Notes under the pieces: generated by a model
Told to the model about the DNA's origin: nothing
The model's input: the letters and a program-made list of their open reading frames with translations, nothing else
The model's database searches: none
Shown: piece by piece, positions 45,996 through 55,008 of the stretch
How the letters are laid out: the number at the start of each line of letters is the position of its first letter
Numbering within the stretch: the stretch's first letter is position 1
From: Candidatus Latescibacterota bacterium
GTDB taxonomy: Bacteria > Latescibacterota > UBA2968
Direction: 5' to 3'
DNA length: 64,000 nucleotides
Assembly (NCBI GenBank): GCA_965207885.1
Contig: OZ242311.1
Location: forward strand, 512,001-576,000
Program-made: the position numbers and the translations under genes

Positions 45996-46093
45996 AAACT
46001 CCTTTCTCAGCTTGCTGTGTTAAAGGGATTTCCGAAACGCAATAGCATCAGTCCATTGTGACCTCCTTTCGAGAAATACGAAGCGTTGTATTG

Positions 46094-46627
46094 TCAATTG
46101 GACAATGCTTCAAAGGATAGCGTATCTGCCACTGATTTTATTACGGTGGCAATGCGGGCGATGTCTGCGATTTGTTGTGCGTCAATGCCCAGTTTGTTCA
46201 ATTGCGATGCGTGTGCGTTGACGCAAATACCACATGCGTTTACCACACTTGCCGAGAGGCTCCACGCTTCGAATAATGCGCGATCGACACCGCCGTGGGT
46301 CAGCACGGCATTCATTCGCAATTTGGGCGGCTGTTTTTTTACGTCGTTATCTCGAATGAGATCGGTGAATTTATACCATACATTGGTCATGCTCATCATG
46401 GCAGCGGCAGATTTCACGGCTTTTATGTGTTGTTCGTCCATAACAGCCTGTGCGTCTTCGATGATGTTCTGGATCACCTGTTCATTTTTCGATACCAGTG
46501 CTGCGGTGAGTGCCGATCCCCAGGCCATTGCCGGGTCGAGACGCGATGCGGATATGACCGATCCCAGGTTCAACCGAATGTCCCGCGCATAGTCGGGCAT
46601 TGCCGATCGCAGATTATCTATTCCCAT
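46094..46627 (-). CDS. ahpD: Alkyl hydroperoxide reductase AhpD
   Basis: PDYARDIRLNL, MTNVWY, LRMN, FEAWSLSASVVNACGICVNAH. Confidence 0.92.
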   Translation of the reverse strand: MGIDNLRSAMPDYARDIRLNLGSVISASRLDPAMAWGSALTAALVSKNEQVIQNIIEDAQAVMDEQHIKAVKSAAAMMSMTNVWYKFTDLIRDNDVKKQPPKLRMNAVLTHGGVDRALFEAWSLSASVVNACGICVNAHASQLNKLGIDAQQIADIARIATVIKSVADTLSFEALSN

Positions 46628-46645
46628 AAAATCTCCCGTATGAAG

Positions 46646-46685
46646 TACAAAACGCAGAGAACGGCATTGCTCTCTGCGTTTTGTA
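46646..46685. terminator. 15-bp-stem hairpin, copy 1
   Basis: TACAAAACGCAGAGA / TCTCTGCGTTTTGTA. Confidence 0.7.
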
Positions 46686-46714
46686 ATATAACTAAAATTC
46701 TGTGCAACTTTTAA

Positions 46715-47080
46715 CTATTCTTCACCGCCGCCACCATCACCGCCACCATCACCAGACGCTGAGACGCGATTCCATACTCTCTTTGCGAATACGGTTATGA
46801 CGCCGGCATACAGAGCGATAGTGATCGGATCGACGATGGCGTCCAGTTTCTCGCCTGCCGCTGGGATGTTGCTCAACACATCCGCACCTGCAGCAGCACC
46901 GACCGCAAGCGCAACGACCAGGAAGGATGTCGCATCTTCAGCGTCGAGCGCCATCCCCCCGTACACCAGGCCCAGAATCACCAGCGCAATCGACACAATA
47001 TTTTCAGGAATTGCGCCAGCCACCAGGCCCTGAATAATGGCCAGAGCGACGATCAGGCCAACAATAATTCTGACTACCAT
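46715..47080 (-). CDS. Small 4-TM membrane protein, paralog 3 (Gly/acidic tail)
   Basis: GGGAGG RBS; LVILGL...FLVVALAVGAAAGADVLS.IP...LDAIVDPI..ALYAGVI. Confidence 0.85.
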   Translation of the reverse strand: MVVRIIVGLIVALAIIQGLVAGAIPENIVSIALVILGLVYGGMALDAEDATSFLVVALAVGAAAGADVLSNIPAAGEKLDAIVDPITIALYAGVITVFAKRVWNRVSASGDGGGDGGGGEE

Positions 47081-47188
47081 TTCATCCTCCCAGAATAAGT
47101 TAGTTGTGTTATGACGTAGCCGTAAAGGGCTACACGGTGTATCACGCTATCACAAAGTTTCCAATCTCAGGTGAGCCACCAGTCGTCT

Positions 47189-47515
47189 TTAACCCTTGAG
47201 GTGATTTATTATCCCTTTCACGAGTATGGCTATGACGCCGGCATACAAAGCGGTACTGATTGGATCGACGATGGCGTCCAGTTGGGCACCAAGCTGTGGG
47301 ATGCCGCTCAACGCATCCGCACCTGCAGCAGCGCCGACCGCAAGCGCAACGATCAGGTAGGACGTCTCGTCATCAGCACCGACCGCTACCACCGCGTAGG
47401 CCAGACCCAGAATCACCAGCGCGAGGGACGCAAGTCCCGCAGGGATCGCGTCGGGCGTCAGGCCCTGAATAATCGCCAGAGCGGCGATCAGGCTAACAAT
47501 AATCCTGCTTGCCAT
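47189..47515 (-). CDS. Small 4-TM membrane protein, paralog 2
   Basis: Same motifs and RBS as neighbours. Confidence 0.85.
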   Translation of the reverse strand: MASRIIVSLIAALAIIQGLTPDAIPAGLASLALVILGLAYAVVAVGADDETSYLIVALAVGAAAGADALSGIPQLGAQLDAIVDPISTALYAGVIAILVKGIINHLKG

Positions 47516-47585
47516 ATTTCTTCCTCCCAGAATAGGTTAGTGTGTCACGACCTGTGGCTACAGGTCGCTGATCCGCCAGTCATCT

Positions 47586-47912
47586 TTAACTCTTGATGCG
47601 GTTTATTCCCCTCTCCACGAGTATGGCTATGACACCGGCATACAAGGCGGTGGCGATCGGATCGACGATGGCGTCCAGGTGGGCGCCTACCCCCGGGATG
47701 TTGCTCAACACATCCGCACCTGCAGCAGCGCCGACTGCAATCGCAACGACCAGGAAGGCCGTCGCGTCCTCAGCGTCAACCGCCACTATCGCGTAGAGTA
47801 GTCCCAGTATCACCAGCGCGAGTGGCACAAGTCCCCCAGGGATTGCGTCGGGCGCCAGGGCCTGCACAATCGCGAGGATGATGACCAGGACAATAATATT
47901 TCTGCTTGCCAT
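47586..47912 (-). CDS. Small 4-TM membrane protein, paralog 1
   Basis: Start MASRNII with GGGAGG RBS; same motifs. Confidence 0.85.
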   Translation of the reverse strand: MASRNIIVLVIILAIVQALAPDAIPGGLVPLALVILGLLYAIVAVDAEDATAFLVVAIAVGAAAGADVLSNIPGVGAHLDAIVDPIATALYAGVIAILVERGINRIKS

Positions 47913-48168
47913 TTCTACCTCCCAGAATGTGGTTGTGTCACGGCTTGCGCTATCGCGCAGCCGCAACGGTTACCGACGGAATGCTACAAGATGCACCATC
48001 CCCGTCATGAAAAAGGTGAAAACCCTTTTTTTCTTTTCTTATTTGTAAATGTAGAATTTCTTATCTTATTGTGTTAAAAAATGTAAACAAAGTAGCAGTG
48101 TCAAGAGAATTCCCACTCGCTCAGCAAAAAAAATTCGCTTATCTATCTATAAAATTTTCCGTACAAGT

Positions 48169-48206
48169 ATAAAGCGCAGAGAACAGCATTGCTCTCTGCG
48201 CTTTAT
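48169..48206. terminator. 14-bp-stem hairpin, copy 2
   Basis: ATAAAGCGCAGAGA / TCTCTGCGCTTTAT. Confidence 0.65.
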
Positions 48207-48229
48207 TAAAGAGTTGATTGTGTGTAGCG

Positions 48230-48430
48230 TTACCTGTTCTTCACCATCACCATTGACAGACAAAAGACAATGTATTTAATAGGATTACCGCTGCCTGTAC
48301 TTCCCGCTAAAAGCGCGCCAATGGCAACGGCCGAGTTGAGATGCCCACCGCTGATTGCACCTTACCATCACAATAATTGCAAACGTCTGGGCTAATGCCA
48401 GCCCAGTCCGGTCCGCTCGTCACAATGGTC
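48230..48430 (-). pseudogene. Degraded aquaporin (MIP family) fragment
   Basis: Manual translation GLALAQTFAIIVMV / frameshift / GAISGGHLNSAVAIGALLAG...IKYIV matches the SGGHLNPAV signature. Confidence 0.7.
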
Positions 48431-48601
48431 CAACAGTTACAAACCTGCAATATAATTTATTTTTTTTTGAAATCAAGTTAAACTCATAGGGGTGATGAAT
48501 GTTTTTTACAGTGAGCTTATCCCAAAAATTGAAAATCCTTGACATCGTCCATCTGTTGTGCGAATGTACGCACGACAGACAACTAACAACTGACAACGTT
48601 T

Positions 48602-50383
48602 ATGTTCTCTTTCTCTCCCAACGATTTTCTCGCCTGTAATGGCACGCGCATAGGTGCTGAGCATCTGCATGGGCGGATGCAAGTCCTGCGCGATGAAATT
48701 GAACCCGTCCTGACGAAACAGCATCCAGACCTCACGGCTGTTATTTCACCTGTTTATGCGACGACGAATTTTCGCTCCAATCCCAACCGGCCGCGGGATC
48801 ACGCGTGTCTCTATTTTGTAGATCGCAAGCTGAAGAAGAGCGCGTTTCCCCGATTGCCCCAACTGGGTATTTATTTGCACCACAATGCCGTCGCTATTGG
48901 CTTTTACTCTGGGTGGTGGACATTTGAGGCGATGCAAAAGGCGATTGCCGACCGCAAGAAGTTTCGCGGTGTGGTGCCGCGTAAGGGGTATCGCTGTTTG
49001 GCGGGTGATATTATTGTGGCGTCACCCGGTCGTTCGGTGCCCTGGTCGCCATCCAGGCTCGAGGGGGTTGATCGCTCGCTGTTTGTCGGTTCGATTCTCA
49101 CGCCGGATGAAGCTGCGGTGCCGACTCTTGTGGATGATATTAAGACGGTGCTCGCGGATCTCTACGCGCTGTATGCGGTGTTTACAAGCGCGAGATACCA
49201 GATCTCTAAAAGCAGTATTGTGTACAATATGCCCGATCCCGCAGAAGCCGGTGTTGTGCGGGATGCGCTTGTGCCTGTGGAGGCAGAGCTTTTGTGCGAT
49301 CTTTACCGGTTCACGGCGCTGAAGAATTTCCATATTGAAGCGGGGATGTTGTTCAATCTCTATCTGTGTTTGAAGACCAAACCTTTTCTCATTCTGGCGG
49401 GGATATCCGGGACGGGGAAGAGTACCGTGATTCGGCTTTTGGCCGAGGCGATCAATGGTCTCGATGAGGGTCGGGCAAGCGGGTATCGCCTGATTCCCGT
49501 GCGCCCAGATTGGAATGATGTGCGCGATTTGCTCGGGTTTGAAAATTTGCTCACGGGGGTGTTTCGCCCGGGTGCGTTGCTTCAGGCGATGTGCGAGGCA
49601 CAGGACGATCCGGACCGTCCCTATTTTGTGTGTTTGGACGAGATGAATCTCGCCCGCGTGGAGCACTATTTTGCCGATTTTTTGAGTGTTATGGAGACGG
49701 CGAGACGCACGCCCGATGGGGCGTGGACAACGGATCCGATTGAATTGGCGCAGGGAGGGGATGTCGTGTCAACGGATGAGATGGGAGATGTGCCTTCGCG
49801 TTTGCCCATTCCGTCCAATTTGTTTGTTGCGGGTACGGTCAATATGGATGAGACGACTTATGCGTTTAGTCCCAAGGTGCTGGATAGGGCGAATACGGTT
49901 GCTTTTGATCGCGTTGATCTGGGGTTGTCGGGTTATGATCCCGGGGTGCAGATTGATTCGACTGCTCTGCGCGCCCTCGGACAAGCGCTTATTGATCGTC
50001 CCTATCGGCAGTTGGAAGATGTTCGCCACCGCGATGAGGTTGTTGCGTGGAATGAGCCGCTGGAGGAGATTAATGCGATGCTTGCGGAGGAGGATTTGCA
50101 TTTTGGCTATCGCATCCGCGACGAGGTTCTTATCTATATGGCGTATGCGCTCGACTTGATTGAGGGGCTGCCTTCAAATGCGCCGGCATTCGCGCCCCGA
50201 GATGCTTTTGATTATCAGATTTTACAAAAAATTCTCCCACGCCTGTCCGGCGCGGGAGATGAACTCGCAGGTTTGCTGGACGCGCTGATCGCTTTTTGCG
50301 ATTCCACATATCCCCGCTCAACACACAAACTCCAGCGCGTGAAACGTCGCGTTGAACATACGGGGTTTGTGAGCTTCTGGTAG
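48602..50383 (+). CDS. McrB-like AAA+ NTPase with distinct N-terminal domain
   Basis: GISGTGKS, PVRPDW, LDEMNLARVEHYF, GTVNMDETT, SPKVLDRAN, QKILPRL. Confidence 0.9.
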   Translation: MFSFSPNDFLACNGTRIGAEHLHGRMQVLRDEIEPVLTKQHPDLTAVISPVYATTNFRSNPNRPRDHACLYFVDRKLKKSAFPRLPQLGIYLHHNAVAIGFYSGWWTFEAMQKAIADRKKFRGVVPRKGYRCLAGDIIVASPGRSVPWSPSRLEGVDRSLFVGSILTPDEAAVPTLVDDIKTVLADLYALYAVFTSARYQISKSSIVYNMPDPAEAGVVRDALVPVEAELLCDLYRFTALKNFHIEAGMLFNLYLCLKTKPFLILAGISGTGKSTVIRLLAEAINGLDEGRASGYRLIPVRPDWNDVRDLLGFENLLTGVFRPGALLQAMCEAQDDPDRPYFVCLDEMNLARVEHYFADFLSVMETARRTPDGAWTTDPIELAQGGDVVSTDEMGDVPSRLPIPSNLFVAGTVNMDETTYAFSPKVLDRANTVAFDRVDLGLSGYDPGVQIDSTALRALGQALIDRPYRQLEDVRHRDEVVAWNEPLEEINAMLAEEDLHFGYRIRDEVLIYMAYALDLIEGLPSNAPAFAPRDAFDYQILQKILPRLSGAGDELAGLLDALIAFCDSTYPRSTHKLQRVKRRVEHTGFVSFW

Positions 50384-50404
50384 TAAAACCCGTAGGTTTT
50401 GGTT

Positions 50405-50437
50405 GTCATTGCGGCATGGTTTTGAGCCGCAATCCAG
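50405..50437 (+). repeat. GTCAT...ATCCAG REP-like palindrome, copy 2
   Basis: GTCATTGCGGCATGGTTTTGAGCCGCAATCCAG. Confidence 0.7.
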
Positions 50438-50478
50438 TAAAATATTTTTCGCGCAGTCCACGAAATTCATATTCGAAA

Positions 50479-51042
50479 TTAGCCAAGACTTAATCTCCTG
50501 TATTTCGATCGTGTGATCTCGAAGTCCAGCGTCTTTCCGTTGTCCATTTCTCTTGAGATGGTCAATCCACACGATTGCCACAAGGCTTTTGAACGTTCGT
50601 TGTCTGCATGTACATCCATCGCGCAGAATCGATTGATTTCCAATTCCTCAAATGCGTACGCCATCAGGCGTCGCACTACTTCTTTTCCATAGCCTTTGCC
50701 CCAGAGGGATTTGTCCCATATCCCAATGGGCAAGCGCATGACCTTCTCTCCCTCGATTTTTGCCCGTTCCAAATTCATCCACTGTAAACACACTTCGCCA
50801 ATGGTTCGTCCGCTCGCCTTTTCCTCAATTGCAAATAGGAAGCCCTGTTTTGCCATGTGCTTGCCCACGCGTCTGAGATAGTCACCTGTCACGGGTTCTT
50901 CGGGCGGCTCTCCCTCCATTGCATTCAGAAAATCGGGATCTCGATAAAAAGGGACCGCGAGATCGAAATCTGTTTCTTCAAATGGCCGAAGCCTCAAGCG
51001 TTCCGTTTTCAGGTGAATATTGTGATGGGCAAAGTTGTCCAT
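50479..51042 (-). CDS. RimJ/RimL-type GNAT acetyltransferase
   Basis: TERLRLRPF, WGKGYGKE, NERSKALW. Confidence 0.88.
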   Translation of the reverse strand: MDNFAHHNIHLKTERLRLRPFEETDFDLAVPFYRDPDFLNAMEGEPPEEPVTGDYLRRVGKHMAKQGFLFAIEEKASGRTIGEVCLQWMNLERAKIEGEKVMRLPIGIWDKSLWGKGYGKEVVRRLMAYAFEELEINRFCAMDVHADNERSKALWQSCGLTISREMDNGKTLDFEITRSKYRRLSLG

Positions 51043-51363
51043 TTATTGTATCACGGACCTCGGTGTTGCGTTGAGGCGCGTTACTACAATGCGTTCTCGG
51101 TCGATCAATGCGCCTACTTGATCGCTCAGGGTGTCGGTCCAATACGGGTCTTCATAGACGGCTTTGTAGAGTTGCTCTCTTTGTTCCTCGCTCTCAAATC
51201 GGCGGATCCACACGTAGAGGTCTTCTTCTTCCTCGCCGACAAAACTGCCGATAACTACCATGCCTTTTGATATTTGAAATGGGATGATTTCGCTTTCCAT
51301 AAATGCAACCCATTCTTCGCGTTTTCCAGGTTGGGTGCGATATTGACGTAGTTCGAAGAACAT
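51043..51363 (-). CDS. NIPSNAP family protein
   Basis: FELRQY...PGKREEW...YVWIRRF. Confidence 0.88.
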   Translation of the reverse strand: MFFELRQYRTQPGKREEWVAFMESEIIPFQISKGMVVIGSFVGEEEEDLYVWIRRFESEEQREQLYKAVYEDPYWTDTLSDQVGALIDRERIVVTRLNATPRSVIQ

Positions 51364-51399
51364 GTTTTTCTCCTTTGTTTGGGATTAATTGACGACGAT

Positions 51400-52488
51400 T
51401 TAAATTTGTTCATACCACCGCACATTGCCCGTTGACATGCCGCTTGCGGCGATGTCCAATTTGCCGTTGCCGCTGAGGTCTTCGATTGCCATTTGCCCCA
51501 TGCCAATGCCGTTGTCAATTTGTTCAATGTGCCAGGTGTCTGTTTCCAGATTCTCTGGGCGATAGATGTTGAGGGCTGTGCCGGGTCCGTTGTATCCGGC
51601 GATGACTTCCAGTGCGTTGTCGCTGTCTATGTCACCACACCAGAGGGAATGCCCGCGGTTGAGTTTGTCGCTGATCAGGTGCCGTTCCCACGCGCCTGTT
51701 CGGATGTCGCCGGTCGCTTTGTACCAGACGAGTTCATTGCCGTGCCAGGGTTCGATGGATAGTATTTCATTGATGCCATCGCCATCCATATCTACGGCAA
51801 AGGTTTCGCTGCTTTCGCGGGGGCTTATGGTCCACCGGTTCCATTTTTCCTCGAATCCATCCCCTTTGGGCGGTTCAAACCAGATCAGGCCGTCGCGTGT
51901 GCCGAGCAATAGATCCATGCGGCCATCGCCATCTACGTCGCATACGCTCAGGCCGTGGTTGAGTCTCAACTGCCCGTCGATTAATCGCTTTTCCCACGGT
52001 TCATTTACCGGGTCTTGTGGTATGCGATAACACCACAGTTCACCCGGCGCATCAAAGTCGTTGATCTGGCTTCCCGGCCCTTGCAGGGTTGCGGCAAACA
52101 GCAGGGGTTGACCGTTTACTTCTACCATTGCAATGCGGTGTGAATAGGGTACCCAGTCGATGAAGTGCTGTGTCCAGATGTCGCTGTCTTCAGATGCTTG
52201 AAACCAGTGTAGATACTCCGATGGGATCCGCTGTCTTCGCCCAAATCCGCTGCTCGCAATCACGTCTTTTCGACCGTTGCCCGTGACGTCGAATACCGAT
52301 AGTGCAATGGTGCCGGGGTGCGCTTCTGATATGATTTGTTTTTCAAAATGGGGTCCTTCGTACAGGGCGATCATCGAGGTTCCCATAGAACCGGCTACGA
52401 TGTCCAGGTGTCCGTTGTCTGTGACATCGGCGACTGTCATGCCATAGGCGCTGCGGATGTTGTCGTCTATTTCGTGAATTATGAACAT
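51400..52488 (-). CDS. FG-GAP/VCBS repeat beta-propeller protein
   Basis: Repeated DxDGDGxxD-like loops; no obvious signal peptide. Confidence 0.82.
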   Translation of the reverse strand: MFIIHEIDDNIRSAYGMTVADVTDNGHLDIVAGSMGTSMIALYEGPHFEKQIISEAHPGTIALSVFDVTGNGRKDVIASSGFGRRQRIPSEYLHWFQASEDSDIWTQHFIDWVPYSHRIAMVEVNGQPLLFAATLQGPGSQINDFDAPGELWCYRIPQDPVNEPWEKRLIDGQLRLNHGLSVCDVDGDGRMDLLLGTRDGLIWFEPPKGDGFEEKWNRWTISPRESSETFAVDMDGDGINEILSIEPWHGNELVWYKATGDIRTGAWERHLISDKLNRGHSLWCGDIDSDNALEVIAGYNGPGTALNIYRPENLETDTWHIEQIDNGIGMGQMAIEDLSGNGKLDIAASGMSTGNVRWYEQI

Positions 52489-52543
52489 TTGTTCTCCGTT
52501 TTGACGGTTCTCCTTATCGGTAGTGGCTCAATATACCTCGTGT

Positions 52544-53653
52544 TCAGGGTAAAATCAAATGTAGATCGCCGAATTCGTGCCACAAATAATTTTTGTTGAG
52601 TGCGGCTTCATAAGTCAGTTTGAGGTGGTCTAAGCCCGCCAATGCCTGGAGCATGGATAGATGTGTGGCACTCGGTTCGTGCATTCCGGTGAGTAAGCTA
52701 TCTACGATCTGCATGGGGCGATCGGGTGAGATTATCAAGGATGTCCATCCTTCGCCCTGAGAGATTTGGCCGGTTTTATCGGCTACGGTTTCGAGCGCGC
52801 GCACGACTGTTGTGCCAACGGCGATGATCCGTCCGCCGTTTTTTCGCGCGTTGTTGATTACCCGCGCTGTTTCGGCTGGTACGCGGTAGTATTCCTCATA
52901 AGGCGGTTCATCGGCTTCCAGACTCGCCACGCCTGTGTGTAAGATCAGGGGGGCAATTTGTATGCCTTTTGCGACCAGTTTTGTGATGATTTTAGGTGTG
53001 AATGCTCTGCCGGCTGATGGCATTTCAGCGCTGCCCACTTCTGTTGCATATACGGTTTGATAATAGTCAATGGGCCAGTCGTTTTGCACATAGCCATACC
53101 GGATGGGCATGCCGTATATGTCCAGGTAGGTGTCCAGATCATAGGGCAGGTTCAGGGTTGCAATCCACAGACGAATATCGGCGTCGGGATTGTGCCGCAG
53201 TTCGGGGCGATAGGGGGCGTGCAGTTGTGCGGATCCACTGCCGGGCAATGTGAAGACTTCGCCCGCGTGTGCGCGGGAAAAAGGCTGTGTTGCTATGCCA
53301 TTGGGTTGGCGTATTTCAACTGCCCACATGTCGGCGGGCAGTTGCGTTGATAGATGCAGTCTGAGTTCTGTTCCATCGGGTCTAATGATGGGCAGAGATG
53401 CTTTGCGCGTGCCGCTGGTGTTGATGACGACGACGTCGCCCGCCTGGAGCACGTCGGGCAGGTCGCGAAATGCGATGTGTTCAATCGCATCATCACTTTG
53501 CCAGGAGACCATCAACCGAACCTGGTCCCGACTGAGTCCGCGTGCTTCGGGCGGTTCGCCCGCTTCCAGGTTGGATGGCAGGTCAAATATTAGAGAGTCC
53601 AGTTTTGAGTCCATCATTGTGATGGGGAGTACTGTGTTGGGTATTATGGACAT
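52544..53653 (-). CDS. QueA-like SAM:tRNA ribosyltransferase-isomerase family protein
   Basis: PPEARGLSRDQVRL, YQTVYA..GSAEMPSAGR, AVGTTVVRALE, WHEFGD. Confidence 0.85.
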   Translation of the reverse strand: MSIIPNTVLPITMMDSKLDSLIFDLPSNLEAGEPPEARGLSRDQVRLMVSWQSDDAIEHIAFRDLPDVLQAGDVVVINTSGTRKASLPIIRPDGTELRLHLSTQLPADMWAVEIRQPNGIATQPFSRAHAGEVFTLPGSGSAQLHAPYRPELRHNPDADIRLWIATLNLPYDLDTYLDIYGMPIRYGYVQNDWPIDYYQTVYATEVGSAEMPSAGRAFTPKIITKLVAKGIQIAPLILHTGVASLEADEPPYEEYYRVPAETARVINNARKNGGRIIAVGTTVVRALETVADKTGQISQGEGWTSLIISPDRPMQIVDSLLTGMHEPSATHLSMLQALAGLDHLKLTYEAALNKNYLWHEFGDLHLILP

Positions 53654-53667
53654 GAGATGTCTCCTTT

Positions 53668-54369
53668 CTATTTTGCGAGGGTGGTGAGTAGCTCGCGTGC
53701 GGCGTAGCGGCCACTGGGGTAATTATTTTCCAGGAGTTCGATAAATCCCGGTACACTCGTTTCCGGCAAGGGGCGGTCGCTGATGTCTTCAAAGGGGAAT
53801 GCTTCGCGGTGCATTTGCGTTCGCATGTCGCCGGGATCTACCCAGTAGATGCGCCAGTCGGGACGTTCTGCTGCGAGTACGTTTGAGAGTTGTTCAAGCG
53901 CAGCCTTAGAAGAGCCGTATCCGCCCCAGCCGGGATACGGCTCGCGTGCGGCATCGCTGGTGATGTTGATTACGCGGGCACCTGATTTTAATGTGTGTTG
54001 TAGCGCCTGGAGCACGCCCAGGGGCGCGATTGCGTTGGCGCGATAGACGTCTGCCAATATATCGAGTGGGTAATTGAGTAGTTCGGGCTGGGGACTCGGT
54101 CCCAATATGCCCGCGTTGTTGATTATGGCGTCCAGGTCCCCCAGTTCTTTTGCTGCGTGCGCCAGTGCTTTCCGGTGTTCGGCGTCTGTTACGTCTCCGG
54201 CAATGGCGATGACTTCGGTCCATTTGGCCAATTCTTTGCGCGCGTGTTCGAGTGCTTCTGCACCTCTTGCGTTGATGATTAGTCGCCAGTTTTGCTGTGC
54301 GAGTTCACGCGCGAGAGCGAGACCCAGTCCGCGAGATGCGCCGGTGATGAGAGCTGTTTGTGTGGACAT
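53668..54369 (-). CDS. SDR family oxidoreductase
   Basis: TGASRGLG, NNAG, YGSSK; AGGAGG RBS. Confidence 0.93.
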   Translation of the reverse strand: MSTQTALITGASRGLGLALARELAQQNWRLIINARGAEALEHARKELAKWTEVIAIAGDVTDAEHRKALAHAAKELGDLDAIINNAGILGPSPQPELLNYPLDILADVYRANAIAPLGVLQALQHTLKSGARVINITSDAAREPYPGWGGYGSSKAALEQLSNVLAAERPDWRIYWVDPGDMRTQMHREAFPFEDISDRPLPETSVPGFIELLENNYPSGRYAARELLTTLAK

Positions 54370-54427
54370 TTTGAATCCTCCTGTAAGGGTGAGAGACTAT
54401 CTGTTTGTTGTGGTCAAAATTTATCAC

Positions 54428-54458
54428 AAAAAAAAGCCCTCTGCATCGCACAGAGGGC
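54428..54458 (-). terminator. Intrinsic terminator of the upstream phosphotransferase unit (now separated by IS5)
   Basis: GCCCTCTG / CAGAGGGC stem plus T8 on the minus strand. Confidence 0.8.
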
Positions 54459-54476
54459 GTGTTTGATACCCGTTCT

Positions 54477-55008
54477 TTAGGTAGTGTCTGAAAAGTAAGC
54501 TTTGAAGAGTTGTCTGATACAGGCCAGCTTGACCATAGTGAGAAAATGAGTCGCCTTTTTTTCAAATCGGGTCACAATCCGTCGGCAGTGTTTAAGCCAA
54601 CCAAAGAGACGCTCCACGATATTGCGTTTGGCATATAATCTTTTATCACACTTAGGCCGTGGTCCTCTCTTACGCCGTTTTCTGCCTTTGGGAATCGCCT
54701 TGTTTGGGATAGCAGCCTTGATACCCCGTTTGCGTAGATAGACTCTGATGCGTGAGACATCATAAGATTTATCAGCTACCAGATACTTGGGTCGGTTTCT
54801 TGGACGCCCTCGTTTGGTGGGTATGCATACCTTTGACAGTAGCCTTTCAGCCTGTGTGGATTCTGACTGGTTACCAGGGAGAAGATCCACTGCTAAAGGA
54901 TGCCCGACTGCATCGCAAAGAAGATGGATTTTCGTGGTCAAACCGCCACGAGAGCGTCCTAAAGCGTGATCTGGGGGCTCTTCTTCACCCTTTTTGCCCT
55001 TTTTTTTT
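54477..55008 (-). CDS. IS5 transposase C-terminal DDE part (frameshifted)
   Basis: Identical translation to copy 1. Confidence 0.93.
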
